Below are positions 54,475 through 64,000 of a stretch of DNA of 64,000 bases, one piece after another. The translations under genes and the position numbers were made by a program. Source of the DNA: an uncultured Planctomycetaceae bacterium (GTDB lineage: Bacteria; Planctomycetota; Planctomycetia; Isosphaerales; Isosphaeraceae); assembly GCA_963833985.1 (NCBI GenBank), contig CAWIAD010000002.1, forward strand, positions 5,248,001 through 5,312,000, given 5' to 3'. Position 1 is the first letter of the stretch. Every line of letters starts with the position of its first letter. Under the pieces are notes generated by a model. That model saw nothing but the letters and a program-made list of their open reading frames with translations. It was not told where the DNA came from and ran no database searches.

Positions 54475-56706
54475 ATGGTACCGAGGGATGCCTGGATGCT
54501 TCACTCTCTGCTGGCTCTTGCCTTTTGTTGCACGGCAGTACCGGCGGACGGTGGTGAAACTCCCCACCCGGCGCCGCGAATCGACTTCCAGCGCGACGTG
54601 CGGCCGATCCTGGCCGGGCACTGTTTTGCCTGCCACGGCCCGAGCAAGCAGAAGGGCGGGCTGCGGCTCGATCGCAAGCGGCCCGCGCTTCAGGGGGGCG
54701 ACAGCGGGCCGGTCATCGTGCCGGGCAGGGCCGAAGAGAGCCTGGTCTTGCGGCTTGTCGCCGGCCTGGACGACGACCGCATCATGCCGCCAGGCGGGAA
54801 AAGGCTCGATGCCTGGCAACTGGCCACGCTCCGCGGCTGGATCGACCAGGGGGCGGACTGGCCCGCGGGAACCGAGAGCGGCGAGGACCCGCGCGATTGG
54901 TGGTCGCTGCGGCCGCTGGTGCGCCCCGCCGTGCCGGTGCTCGCTTTGGATGATCGTGCCGGCGCACGTAACCCGATCGACGCGTTCATCCGATCGAAGC
55001 TGCGGGAAAAGGGGCTGCCGTACGCGCATGAAGCAGACAGGCGCACGCTGGCCCGGCGGCTCCACTTCGATCTGATCGGCCTGCCGCCCACTGCCGGGGA
55101 GCTGAATGCTTTCGTGCGCGACGCCGCGCCGGACGCTTACGAGAAGCTGGTCGATCGCTTGCTGTCCAGCCCCCACCACGGCGAGCGCTGGGCACGGCAC
55201 TGGCTGGACGTCGTTCATTACGGAGACACCCACGGCTACGACAAGGACCAGCCCCGCCCCTGGGCCTGGCCCTATCGTGACTACGTCATCCGCGCATTCA
55301 ACGCCGACATGCCCTTTGGCCGGTTCGCTCGCCAGCAGATCGCCGGCGACGTGCTCGAGCCGGGCACGGCCGACGGCGTCATGGCCATGGGCTTCATCGC
55401 CGCGGGCCCCTGGGACCTGATCGGCCACGCCGAGGTGCCCGAAACGAAGCTCGACGGCCAGGTCGCCCGCCACCTGGACCGCGACGACATGGTGACGACC
55501 ACCATCAACACCTTCCTCAGCCTCACCATCCAGTGCGCCCAGTGCCACAACCACAAGTTCGATCCGATCCCGCAGGAAGAATACTACCGGCTCCAGGCCG
55601 TTTTCGCCGCGCTCGATCGCGCGGACCGGCCGTATCCGGGCAGGCCGGGATCGGCACCCGCGGGCATGGTTTATGCGGGGACCGTGCACAACGGCGGCAA
55701 GGCAGCGTTCCGCGGCACCGGCCCGGATGGCGGCAAGCCGAGGCGCATCTTCGTGCTCCGCCGGGGCGACATCAAAAGCCCGATCAAGGAGGTCGGCCCC
55801 GCGGCGCTTGGCCTGCTGCCCGAGCTGCCGGGAACCTTCGCGCTCGCCGCGCAGCACACCGAGGGCGACCGCCGCGCGGCACTGGCGCGCTGGCTGACCG
55901 ACGCGCGCAATGCACTCTTCTGGCGGTCGATCGTCAACCGCGTCTGGCAGTACCATTTCGGCCGCGGGATCGCCGCCACGCCCAACGACTTCGGCCGCAT
56001 GGGCCAGTTGCCCACGCATCCTGAGCTGCTCGACTGGCTGGCGGTTGAGTTCCGCGACGGCGGCCAGTCGCTCAAGGCGCTGCACCGCCTCATCGTCACC
56101 TCGGCCGCGTACCGGCAAGTTTCCGATGGCAACCCCGCAGCCGCGGCGAGCGACGCCGACAACGCGTACCTCTGGCGGATGAACCGCCGCAAGCTCGAGG
56201 CCGAGGCCATCCGCGACGCGGCGCTGAGCGTCGCGGGCAAGCTGGATACCACCATGTACGGCCCCGCCTTCCGCGACTTCGTGGTCGAGCATCCCGAGCA
56301 CTCACCGCATTACGAGTACGAACGGAACGATCCCGCCGACCCGAGCACCTTCCGCCGGGCGGTCTACCGGTTCCTCGTCCGCTCGCGGCCTCAGCCGTTC
56401 ATGGCCGCGCTCGACTGTGCTGATCCCTCGATGCAGGTCGACCGCCGCAACGAGACCGGCTCGCCGCTCCAGGCCCTGGCCCTGTATAACAACGGCTTCA
56501 TGCTCACCATGGCCCGATACCTGGCCGATCGTGTCGCGGGGAGGGGAAGCGCGCAGGACCAGGTCGCCGCAGCCTTCCAGGTGGCCCTGGGCCGCACCCC
56601 GACAGCCAAGGAACGAGACTTACTGGCCGATCATGCCGTCCGTTTCGGCTTGCCCGGCGCCTGCCGCGTGATCTTCAACATGAACGAATTCCTCTTCGTG
56701 GATTGA
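54475..56706 (+). CDS. Planctomycete cytochrome c / DUF1549 / DUF1553 protein
   Basis: DFQRDVRPIL..HCFACHG, NPIDAFI, GERWARHWLD, CAQCHNHKFDP, PTHPELLDWLA, PLQAL, NEFLFVD. Confidence 0.92.
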   Translation: MVPRDAWMLHSLLALAFCCTAVPADGGETPHPAPRIDFQRDVRPILAGHCFACHGPSKQKGGLRLDRKRPALQGGDSGPVIVPGRAEESLVLRLVAGLDDDRIMPPGGKRLDAWQLATLRGWIDQGADWPAGTESGEDPRDWWSLRPLVRPAVPVLALDDRAGARNPIDAFIRSKLREKGLPYAHEADRRTLARRLHFDLIGLPPTAGELNAFVRDAAPDAYEKLVDRLLSSPHHGERWARHWLDVVHYGDTHGYDKDQPRPWAWPYRDYVIRAFNADMPFGRFARQQIAGDVLEPGTADGVMAMGFIAAGPWDLIGHAEVPETKLDGQVARHLDRDDMVTTTINTFLSLTIQCAQCHNHKFDPIPQEEYYRLQAVFAALDRADRPYPGRPGSAPAGMVYAGTVHNGGKAAFRGTGPDGGKPRRIFVLRRGDIKSPIKEVGPAALGLLPELPGTFALAAQHTEGDRRAALARWLTDARNALFWRSIVNRVWQYHFGRGIAATPNDFGRMGQLPTHPELLDWLAVEFRDGGQSLKALHRLIVTSAAYRQVSDGNPAAAASDADNAYLWRMNRRKLEAEAIRDAALSVAGKLDTTMYGPAFRDFVVEHPEHSPHYEYERNDPADPSTFRRAVYRFLVRSRPQPFMAALDCADPSMQVDRRNETGSPLQALALYNNGFMLTMARYLADRVAGRGSAQDQVAAAFQVALGRTPTAKERDLLADHAVRFGLPGACRVIFNMNEFLFVD

Positions 56707-56711
56707 CCCCG

Positions 56712-58184
56712 ATGAACCGGCGCAATTTCCTCTGGCAGAGCGGTGGCGGACTGGGCGGACTGGCGCTCGCGGCGCTGCTGGCGGAAGAAGGGCTGCTGGC
56801 GGCCGATGCCGGCAGCAGCGCTCCTGGAGTCCGTCCCGACGGCGGCTTGCATCATGCTCCGAAGGCCCGGCGCGTGGTGCAGCTCTTCATGGCCGGCGCG
56901 GCCAGCCACATCGACCTCTTCGACCACAAGCCCGAGCTGGTCAAGCGGCATGGCCAGCCCGCGGATTTCGGCGAGCCGGTCGAGGCATTCCAGAACGGGC
57001 TGGGGCCCTGGCTGAAACCCGTCTTTCGGTTCCGGCCGTACGGCGGCTGCGGCAAGATGCTCGGTGCGGCCGTCGCGCCACTGGGGGCCGTCGTGGACGA
57101 CATCGCGTTCATCCACAACATGGTGGGCAAGACGGGCGTGCACAGCCAGGGAACCCTGCTCCAGACGACCGGCTTCAACCGCCCCGGGTTCCCGTCGATG
57201 GGAAGCTGGGTCTGCTATGGTCTGGGCCGGCTGAGCGACAACCTGCCCTCATTCGTGGTCCTGCCCGACCCGCGCGGGCTCGCCTCCAACGGCACCAAGA
57301 ACTGGGACGCGGCGTTCCTGTCGTCGCGGTACCAGGGAACGGTCATCGACCCCGGCGCGAAGACGCCGATCGCCGACCTGTTTCCGGACCCGCGCGTGCC
57401 CTTTCCCACCCGCGCCGGTGATGCCGCGGGCATTGCACTGCTCAACCGCCTGAACCGCGAACACGCCGCGGCACGACCCGGTGATGACCGGCTCGACGGC
57501 CGCATCAGGAGCTACGAGCTGGCCGCCCAGATGCAGCTCGCCGCGCCGGAGGCGCTCGACCTTTCCTCCGAGCCGCCCGCCGTGCTGCGGCTTTACGGGC
57601 TCGATCACGGCAGGTGCTCTTTCGATAAACAGATCAACGCACTTGAAGAAACCGATATTTTCGCCCGTAAGTGCCTGGCGGCGCGCCGGTTGCTGGAGCG
57701 CGGCGTCCGCTTCGTGCAGATCTGGAGCGGTAACGACAACGGCTTCCCGCGCCGCAACTGGGACTCGCACGAGGACGTCGAGCGCGACCACGGACCGCTC
57801 GCTCTGGGCATGGCCCGGGGCACCGCGGCCCTGATCCAGGACCTGAAGCGCCTGGGTCTGCTGGACGACACGATCATCCTCTGGACGACCGAGTTCGGCC
57901 GCATGCCTTCCAGCCAGGGGGGCAAGGGCCGCGACCACAACCCGTACTGCTTCACGAACTGGCTCGCCGGTGGCGGCATCAAGGGCGGCATCTCCCACGG
58001 CCCGAGCGACGAGTTCGGCTACAAGCCGCTTGACCGCAAGAGTTCCACAGAGGTTTATGACATTCACGCCACGGTTCTGCACCTGCTGGGCATCGACCAC
58101 ACCCGGCTCACCGTCCGCCACGATGGCATCGACCGCCGCCTCACCGACGTGCATGGGCATGTGATCCACGAAATCCTGGCGTGA
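56712..58184 (+). CDS. DUF1501 protein (Tat-exported)
   Basis: MNRRNFL Tat signal; QLFMAGAASHIDLFDHKP, ARRLLERGVRFVQ, WDSH, EFGRMP, GRDHNP, DIHATVLHLLGID. Confidence 0.92.
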   Translation: MNRRNFLWQSGGGLGGLALAALLAEEGLLAADAGSSAPGVRPDGGLHHAPKARRVVQLFMAGAASHIDLFDHKPELVKRHGQPADFGEPVEAFQNGLGPWLKPVFRFRPYGGCGKMLGAAVAPLGAVVDDIAFIHNMVGKTGVHSQGTLLQTTGFNRPGFPSMGSWVCYGLGRLSDNLPSFVVLPDPRGLASNGTKNWDAAFLSSRYQGTVIDPGAKTPIADLFPDPRVPFPTRAGDAAGIALLNRLNREHAAARPGDDRLDGRIRSYELAAQMQLAAPEALDLSSEPPAVLRLYGLDHGRCSFDKQINALEETDIFARKCLAARRLLERGVRFVQIWSGNDNGFPRRNWDSHEDVERDHGPLALGMARGTAALIQDLKRLGLLDDTIILWTTEFGRMPSSQGGKGRDHNPYCFTNWLAGGGIKGGISHGPSDEFGYKPLDRKSSTEVYDIHATVLHLLGIDHTRLTVRHDGIDRRLTDVHGHVIHEILA

Positions 58185-58273
58185 CCGATCGTGATCCCGG
58201 GCCGACCTGCTTGCCGGCCTGTCCTGTATAATGCGGACAGAACGATCCCCTCCGTATTTCAAGGAGCCATACC

Positions 58274-58726
58274 ATGGAGGCCGCAACGTTGGGAAAGATT
58301 GTGGTTCCCGCCAGGATCGAGAACAACTATGACCTGGAGAACCTGGCCCGTGGCCTGGTGTCCGATGACGAGGTGCGCAGGATCGCCGTGCAAGACGCAC
58401 GGATCGATACGGGAGCCACGTACCTGGCCATGCCAAAAGGGATGATCGATCAGCTCGGGTTCCGACAGCTTCGCACGTCACGAGCCAGAACAGCCGCCGG
58501 CACGATCTCGTTCGGCATCTATGGGCCAGCGAAGCTGACCGTACTGGGGCGCGAGTGCATTATCGAGGTCTCCGAACTTGCTGAGGATTGCCCGGTGCTC
58601 ATTGGCGTTATACCGCTGGAGATGCTCGACTTCGTGGTCGATCCGCGCGGCCAGAAACTGATCGGCAACCCCGAGCATGGCGGCGAGTGGATGATCGATA
58701 TGTACCTGAATGCCATTGGAACGTGA
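58274..58726 (+). CDS. Clan AA (retropepsin-like) aspartic protease
   Basis: AAGGAG RBS; IDTGAT and LIGVIPLE motifs. Confidence 0.85.
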   Translation: MEAATLGKIVVPARIENNYDLENLARGLVSDDEVRRIAVQDARIDTGATYLAMPKGMIDQLGFRQLRTSRARTAAGTISFGIYGPAKLTVLGRECIIEVSELAEDCPVLIGVIPLEMLDFVVDPRGQKLIGNPEHGGEWMIDMYLNAIGT

Positions 58727-58748
58727 TTCCTGCCTGGAGCCCAGATTC

Positions 58749-60733
58749 ATGCGATCTCGACTGGCGAGCCTTGTTCTCGGCGTACTCATCGCTCTGCCGC
58801 TGCCTGCCCGTGGCCAGACCGCTCCCGCACTCGTCCCCGTTCCTGTGCCCGAGAGCATCCGCGCCGAGGGCGTGCCGCCGGTGCCCCGCGCACTTTACCA
58901 GGCACTGAACCGCTACCAGAACATCCGCTCGGCGAGCTTCCAGGACTGGGATGATACAAGCGACCGGGCCATGTACGTCACCACGCGGTTTGCCGACACG
59001 CCCCAGGTGCACTACGTACCTTCGCCGGGCGGTGCGCGACGCCAGCTCACATTTTCCAATGAGCGCGTATCGAGCGTGCACGCGCGGCCCAGGCACCGCC
59101 AGTTCCTCTACGTCGCCGACGAGGGCGGGGCCGAGAACAACCAGCTCTTCCTGCAAGACCGCGAGGGCGGTGAACCGCGGCGGGTCAGCGACGGCAAGAG
59201 CCGCAACACCAGCCCGCGCTGGTCGCCCACCGGCGAGCTGCTCGCCTGGAGCAGCAACGCGCGCAACGGCCGCGACATGGACCTGTACCTCGCCGCTCCC
59301 ATCGACGCCCACTTCCAGCGCCGGCTCAAGGAGGTGACGGGCGACTGGCGCGTCGCCGACTGGTCGCCCGATGAGACCAGGGTGCTGGCCGAGGAATACA
59401 TCTCCATCAACGAGGCGTATATCCATGTCATTGATATCGGCAGGGGCCAGACCACCACGGTCACCCCGCCCGATCCGACCCCAAAGCCGAGCCCGTCTTC
59501 TCCGGCGATCCGAAATGGTCGAAGGACGGCAAGTCGATCTTTTACATCACGGACAAGGATTCCGAGTTTCGCCGGCTGTTCCGGCATGATCTGGCAACTG
59601 GCTCCGAAACCGTGATGTCCGCCGGAATTCCCTGGGACATCGAAGGCTATGCTGCGAGCGATGACGGCCAGCTTGTGGTCGTCGTTGCGAACGAGGGCGG
59701 CTACGACGTCCTGCACGGCATCAATATCGAGAACTCCCAGGAATATGCCATGCCGGTATTGCCGCGCGGTCAGATCTCGGGGCTGAAATTCCGTAAGGGC
59801 TCTCGTGAGCTGGGACTGGCACGGAGCTCATGGTACGAGTCCACTGACGCATGCTCAATCGCCATCGGAGCGACCCCGATCCCCAGCTTCGAGCGCTGGA
59901 CCCAGAGTGAAACCGGCGGCCTCGACACCTCATCGTTCGTCGAGCCCTTGCTCATCGGGTACACGAGCTTTGATGGCCGGAAGATTCCAGCCTTCGTGTG
60001 CCGCCCATCGAAGATGCGTTTTCCCGGTCCACGGCCGGTCTTGATCGACATCCACGGCGGGCCCGAGTCGCAGTTCCGGCCTGGTTTCCAGGGACGGCTC
60101 AACTACCTGATCAACGAGCTGGGCCTGGTGCTCGTCATGCCCAACGTGCGCGGGTCTTCGGGGTACGGGAAGTCGTACGTGAAGCTGGACAACGGCATCT
60201 TGCGCGAGGGGGCCGTGAAGGACATCGGTGCACTGCTGGACTGGATCGGCCAGCAGCCCGACCTGGACAGGAACCGCGTGGGCGTGATCGGCGGGTCGTA
60301 CGGCGGCTTCATGTCGCTGGCCGTGCAGACCACGTACAACGAGCGCATCAAGGCGGGCATCGACATTGTGGGCATCTCCAACTTCGTCAGCTTCCTCAAG
60401 AACACGCAGGGCTATCGCCGCGACCTGAGGCGCGCCGAGTACGGCGACGAGCGCGACCCCAGCATGCGCGAGTTCCTGGAGCGGATCTCGCCGCTGACCA
60501 GCGCGGGGAAGATTCACACGCCGATCCTCATCGTCCAGGGCCAGAACGATCCGCGTGTGCCGCTCTCTGAGGCCGAGCAGGTGCTCGCGGCCGTGCGCAA
60601 GAATGGCGTGCCGGTGTGGTACGTGGTTGGCAAGAACGAGGGGCATGGCTTCGCGAAGAAGGCCAACCAGGACTACTTGCAGGCCGTCGAGGTACTGTTC
60701 CTCAGGCGGTTCCTGCTGGGTGAGTCGCTCTGA
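58749..60733 (+). CDS. S9 family (prolyl oligopeptidase/acylaminoacyl peptidase-like) peptidase (frameshift near 59470)
   Basis: Beta-propeller N-terminus; IHGGPE, NVRGSSGYG, GGSYGG, NDPRVP, EGHGF catalytic motifs. Confidence 0.9.
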
Positions 60734-60736
60734 GGC

Positions 60737-61969
60737 TCAGATCCTCACATAGAGCTTCTTGCGGTACATCCAGAAGAGGATGAGCCAGAGGACAAGCAAA
60801 ACGGCCACGCCCTGAAGGAAAGGTGCGTAGGCGTCGCCCACGATCTTGAACGCATCGCGGCCGAGGTGCGTTCTGAAACTGTCGGTGATGAAGCCGTCGA
60901 TGAGGTGGCTCAGGCAGTACGCGGCAATGGAATTGGCGCCGATCACCCGGAGCGGGAACGACCAGGCGTGCCACCCCGGCCAGTCGATGAGCGCGAAGAA
61001 CAAGGCCAGGAACAGGAAGCAGAGCCCCCCCGAGAAAAGCACCCAGCTCGGGGTCCAGATGCGCTTGACCACCGGGCAGAGGCCCAGCTCGCCCGCGCCC
61101 AGCCGAGCCCAGGCTGATCAGACCGGCCATCACCAGCCACATGAATTTGAACCGGGCGGGGCGGTCGTCCTTGAGTACGCCGCCGGCGATGAGCCCCAGG
61201 ATCATCGTCGCCAGCGTGGGAATGAAGCTGAGCGTGGCGTAGCCGCCGCCGTTATCGACGAACGGCCGGGACCGCGGGAACAGGTTCAAGAACCAGACGT
61301 CGAACGCCCAGGCCGGGTTGCTGTTCTTGTTCCAGTGCGCGGCGAAGCCTTTCATCAGGTGCGGCCAGTCCGCGGGAACCTGAACCGCCGGATAATCAAA
61401 ATCCGGGCGAACCGGATAGGCCGCGAAGAGCGCCCAGTAGCCCACCACGATGGCCCCGAAGGCGATCCACTGGCGCGGACCGACCGCAGGCCCAGCAGGA
61501 AAAGAAACGTGTAGCCCAGGCCAATCTGCGAGAGCGTGTCTTCAAACGTGAAGTTGGTCTGGCGATGACCGATGGAGCGGAGAAAGACGCCCAGGAACAC
61601 CAGCACCAGCGACCGCCAGAGGGCATGTGCGGTCATCCATCCCGGCGTCTGCCCGCGCCTCAGCCGGCTGGCAATCGAGAACGGCAGAGCCACGCCGACG
61701 AGGAACGAGAACGAGGGCTGGATCAGGTCGTGCAGCACGCACCCGGTCCACTCCACGTGCGACTGGTGGTGGCAAAGCAGTTCCCAGAACACATTCCCTG
61801 GCAGGGCGCTGGCCACCTCGCAGCAGCGCAGGACCTCGGCCATCATCAGGAACATGACCAGCCCGCGATAGGCGTCGATGGAGCCCATGCGCCCGCGCAC
61901 GAGGGTGCCGCCGGCCGGCAACACCGGCCTGTCCGCCATGGCCGTATCGAGATCAACGCTCATTCGCAC
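60737..61969 (-). CDS. DUF5009 / heparan-alpha-glucosaminide N-acetyltransferase-like membrane protein (frameshifts near 61475 and 61100)
   Basis: [18 protein letters not shown]...[38 protein letters not shown]. Confidence 0.85.
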
Positions 61970-62047
61970 TCCTTGCTCGTGTCGGCCAGGTGGGCCGGCA
62001 CGACCGCTCGGCCCACCCCGCCACGACGTCCCGCGACATCCCGGCCA

Positions 62048-64000
62048 TCACGCGAGGCTGATGCCCAGACCACCTCTGGCAATAACGAACAGCGCATCGC
62101 TGCTCGTGAGGTACGCTCCGGCCGCACTGCTGATGCCGGAAGGCGCGGAGGTGGTGAGCACGATCTGCCCTCCGTACTTGAAAGCCTGCTTGCCGGTGAC
62201 CAGCTCCACGCTGGTGTTCGAGAGGTACTGCACCGAGAAGCCTATCGGCTTGTATCGTGTCTGGAAAGTGTATGACCTTCCAGACTTTACCCGGACCCGC
62301 ACACCGGTCTCAACTTGGTAATTGAAGAAGTTGTCGGCCGTTGATGAGTTCATCGGCTGGCTGAAGCTGAACCTGTAGCCGCCGAGCACCGGCCTGCCCA
62401 TGGGCTTACCATGCTTGTTGGTCTTCTGTGTGGTCACAACCGCCGCGCTCATCACATACGGCACCGGAGGCGGAGGCGGTGCGGGCGACTGCACCTGGAC
62501 TGAAGTGGAGGTGGCGGAAGCCAGTCCGGCGGCGGAGAAGACAAGCTGATCACTGCCCGCGCTGCTCAGGGTGAGCGACGGGAAGGTCAAGGAAGGGCCA
62601 TTCATCACTCCAGAGGTGAGAATGGTACCTGGGCTCGAGCTCAACGCCACGTAGACGCTGCCGCTGAATGTGGTGAGGTTGTTGAATTTGTCCTTGGCAA
62701 CGAGGGTCACGGGAAAGCCAGCTCCCGTGCTCACGCTCGAAGGCGGTTGCTGAGTGAGGACGAGCCTGGAAGCCGCGGCCGCGACGATGCTGAAGTTGCT
62801 GGGATTCGCAGCGCTCAGGCCAGGGGCCGTTGCCGCGACCGAGTATCCTCCGGCCGTGTCCAGCACCAGACCGGAAAAGGTGGCCACACCCTGGCTGGCA
62901 GCCACCGTTACCTGGGCGAGATTGCCTCCAGGGTTACTGGCAAGGTTCATGGTGATATTGCCGGTATAGGTCGGGTCGACATTCCCGGATGCGTCCTCGG
63001 CCGTGACACTCACCGAAAACCCGGTCCCGGCCGTTCCCGTCATCGGGGCGGAGGACACGACAAGGTGCGTTGCCACGTGCTTGACGTCGATGGCCCCAAT
63101 ACTGTCAGCGAACCAGATATTGCCGTCCGGGCCGGTCGTGATCCCCTGGAGGATCGGGGTGCTCGTGGTCGTCACCGCCTCGGTCGCGAAGAGCTGGGTC
63201 GAGGGATCGAACTTGTAGATGGCACCCAGGTCATTGTCCGTGAACCAGATATTGCCGTCCGGGCTGGTTGTGATCCCGAACGCCAGGGGAGCCGGTGACA
63301 CCGGCTGGCCAGTTGCCGGGTTCGTGACCTGGTACTCGTGCGTGGCAGGCTCCGAACCAGGGACGATCTCCCAGATCGATGAGTAGGCGATGCCCGGTGC
63401 GCCTACCTTGGAGACCGACTCGGTGAACCAGATGGCGCCGTTGGCTGCCGCGGTGAGGCCGTTGGGCGTCTCCCAGTTTCCATCAGCCCCCGCCGGTAGC
63501 TTGACCTGGTACCACGATCCCGTCTTTGGATCATAACCGCCGATGGCGAACTCGCCGGTCGACGCGTTCCTCTCCGTGAACCAGAGGGTATGGTCCGCGT
63601 CCGTCCCGGCCACCATCTGGGAGCCATAGTTCGTGAAACCGAACATGGCACTGCCGTTCTGGTCCGTCTTTCCAGCCAGCGCGATGGGCGTCGAAAAGCT
63701 ACCGGTGGAAGGATTGAAGCTTTCGATCGCGCTGTTCGTCTTGTCCGTGAACCAGATCGCCGTGTGCCCGCCCTGATCGACGCCGGCCGCGATGCCATAA
63801 GGAGAGGCACCGCTGCCGAGCGGACCACTTTGAGGAAAGTTCGCGATTGTCGGGGTGGAACTCGTGCTGCTGAACTTCCCGATCCTCCCCTGACTGGGCT
63901 CCGTCACCCAGACGTTGCCGCTTGCGTCCGTGGTGATTCCGATCGGCGTAGCAACCGCTCCGGTGACCGCCGTTGGAGTGCCTGTGCGCTGGGGTTGATC
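62048..64000 (-). CDS. Exported Vgb-like beta-propeller protein with Ig-like domains (5' end outside window)
   Basis: Repeats GIT.GPDGNIWF(T/A)D; two Ig-like segments (AEDASGNVD, AKDKFNN; QGVATFSGL); frame open to window end. Confidence 0.8.
   Translation of the reverse strand, partial: DQPQRTGTPTAVTGAVATPIGITTDASGNVWVTEPSQGRIGKFSSTSSTPTIANFPQSGPLGSGASPYGIAAGVDQGGHTAIWFTDKTNSAIESFNPSTGSFSTPIALAGKTDQNGSAMFGFTNYGSQMVAGTDADHTLWFTERNASTGEFAIGGYDPKTGSWYQVKLPAGADGNWETPNGLTAAANGAIWFTESVSKVGAPGIAYSSIWEIVPGSEPATHEYQVTNPATGQPVSPAPLAFGITTSPDGNIWFTDNDLGAIYKFDPSTQLFATEAVTTTSTPILQGITTGPDGNIWFADSIGAIDVKHVATHLVVSSAPMTGTAGTGFSVSVTAEDASGNVDPTYTGNITMNLASNPGGNLAQVTVAASQGVATFSGLVLDTAGGYSVAATAPGLSAANPSNFSIVAAAASRLVLTQQPPSSVSTGAGFPVTLVAKDKFNNLTTFSGSVYVALSSSPGTILTSGVMNGPSLTFPSLTLSSAGSDQLVFSAAGLASATSTSVQVQSPAPPPPPVPYVMSAAVVTTQKTNKHGKPMGRPVLGGYRFSFSQPMNSSTADNFFNYQVETGVRVRVKSGRSYTFQTRYKPIGFSVQYLSNTSVELVTGKQAFKYGGQIVLTTSAPSGISSAAGAYLTSSDALFVIARGGLGISLA

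Overview
High-GC bacterial chromosomal window, almost certainly from a planctomycete (Isosphaeraceae-like, by inference). Lineage markers include a DUF1559 prepilin-like protein, a cytochrome-c/DUF1549/DUF1553 plus DUF1501 pair, LExRxLLS-type exported proteins, a YTV-type Cys-rich protein and a Ser/Thr kinase-WD40 protein. About 40 genes are present. Housekeeping: dxs 3' end, NAD kinase, tilS, enolase, ferritin. Signalling: an OmpR-type two-component pair, a diadenylate cyclase, and a beta-propeller plus two FHA-GAF-PP2C proteins. A carbohydrate locus (GH39, HAD, GH27, sugar porter, DUF4091-like protein, GH2) and several secreted hydrolases are also present. Roughly 18 genes are split by 1-2 nt indels, most likely long-read sequencing errors. 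I found no rRNA, tRNA, CRISPR array, transposase or integrase. The best candidate for an undescribed system is a lower-GC two-gene module next to tilS (6358-8137): a small putative nuclease-like protein plus an ImmA/IrrE-like protein with a degenerate HExxH site, resembling a toxin-antitoxin or defence cassette. Also notable are a REP-doublet-like inverted repeat around a very AT-rich core (25730-25867), an active/pseudo-phosphatase pair (38955-42364) and a rod-like structured intergenic element (678-805). All family calls come from motif recognition by eye; no database search was run.
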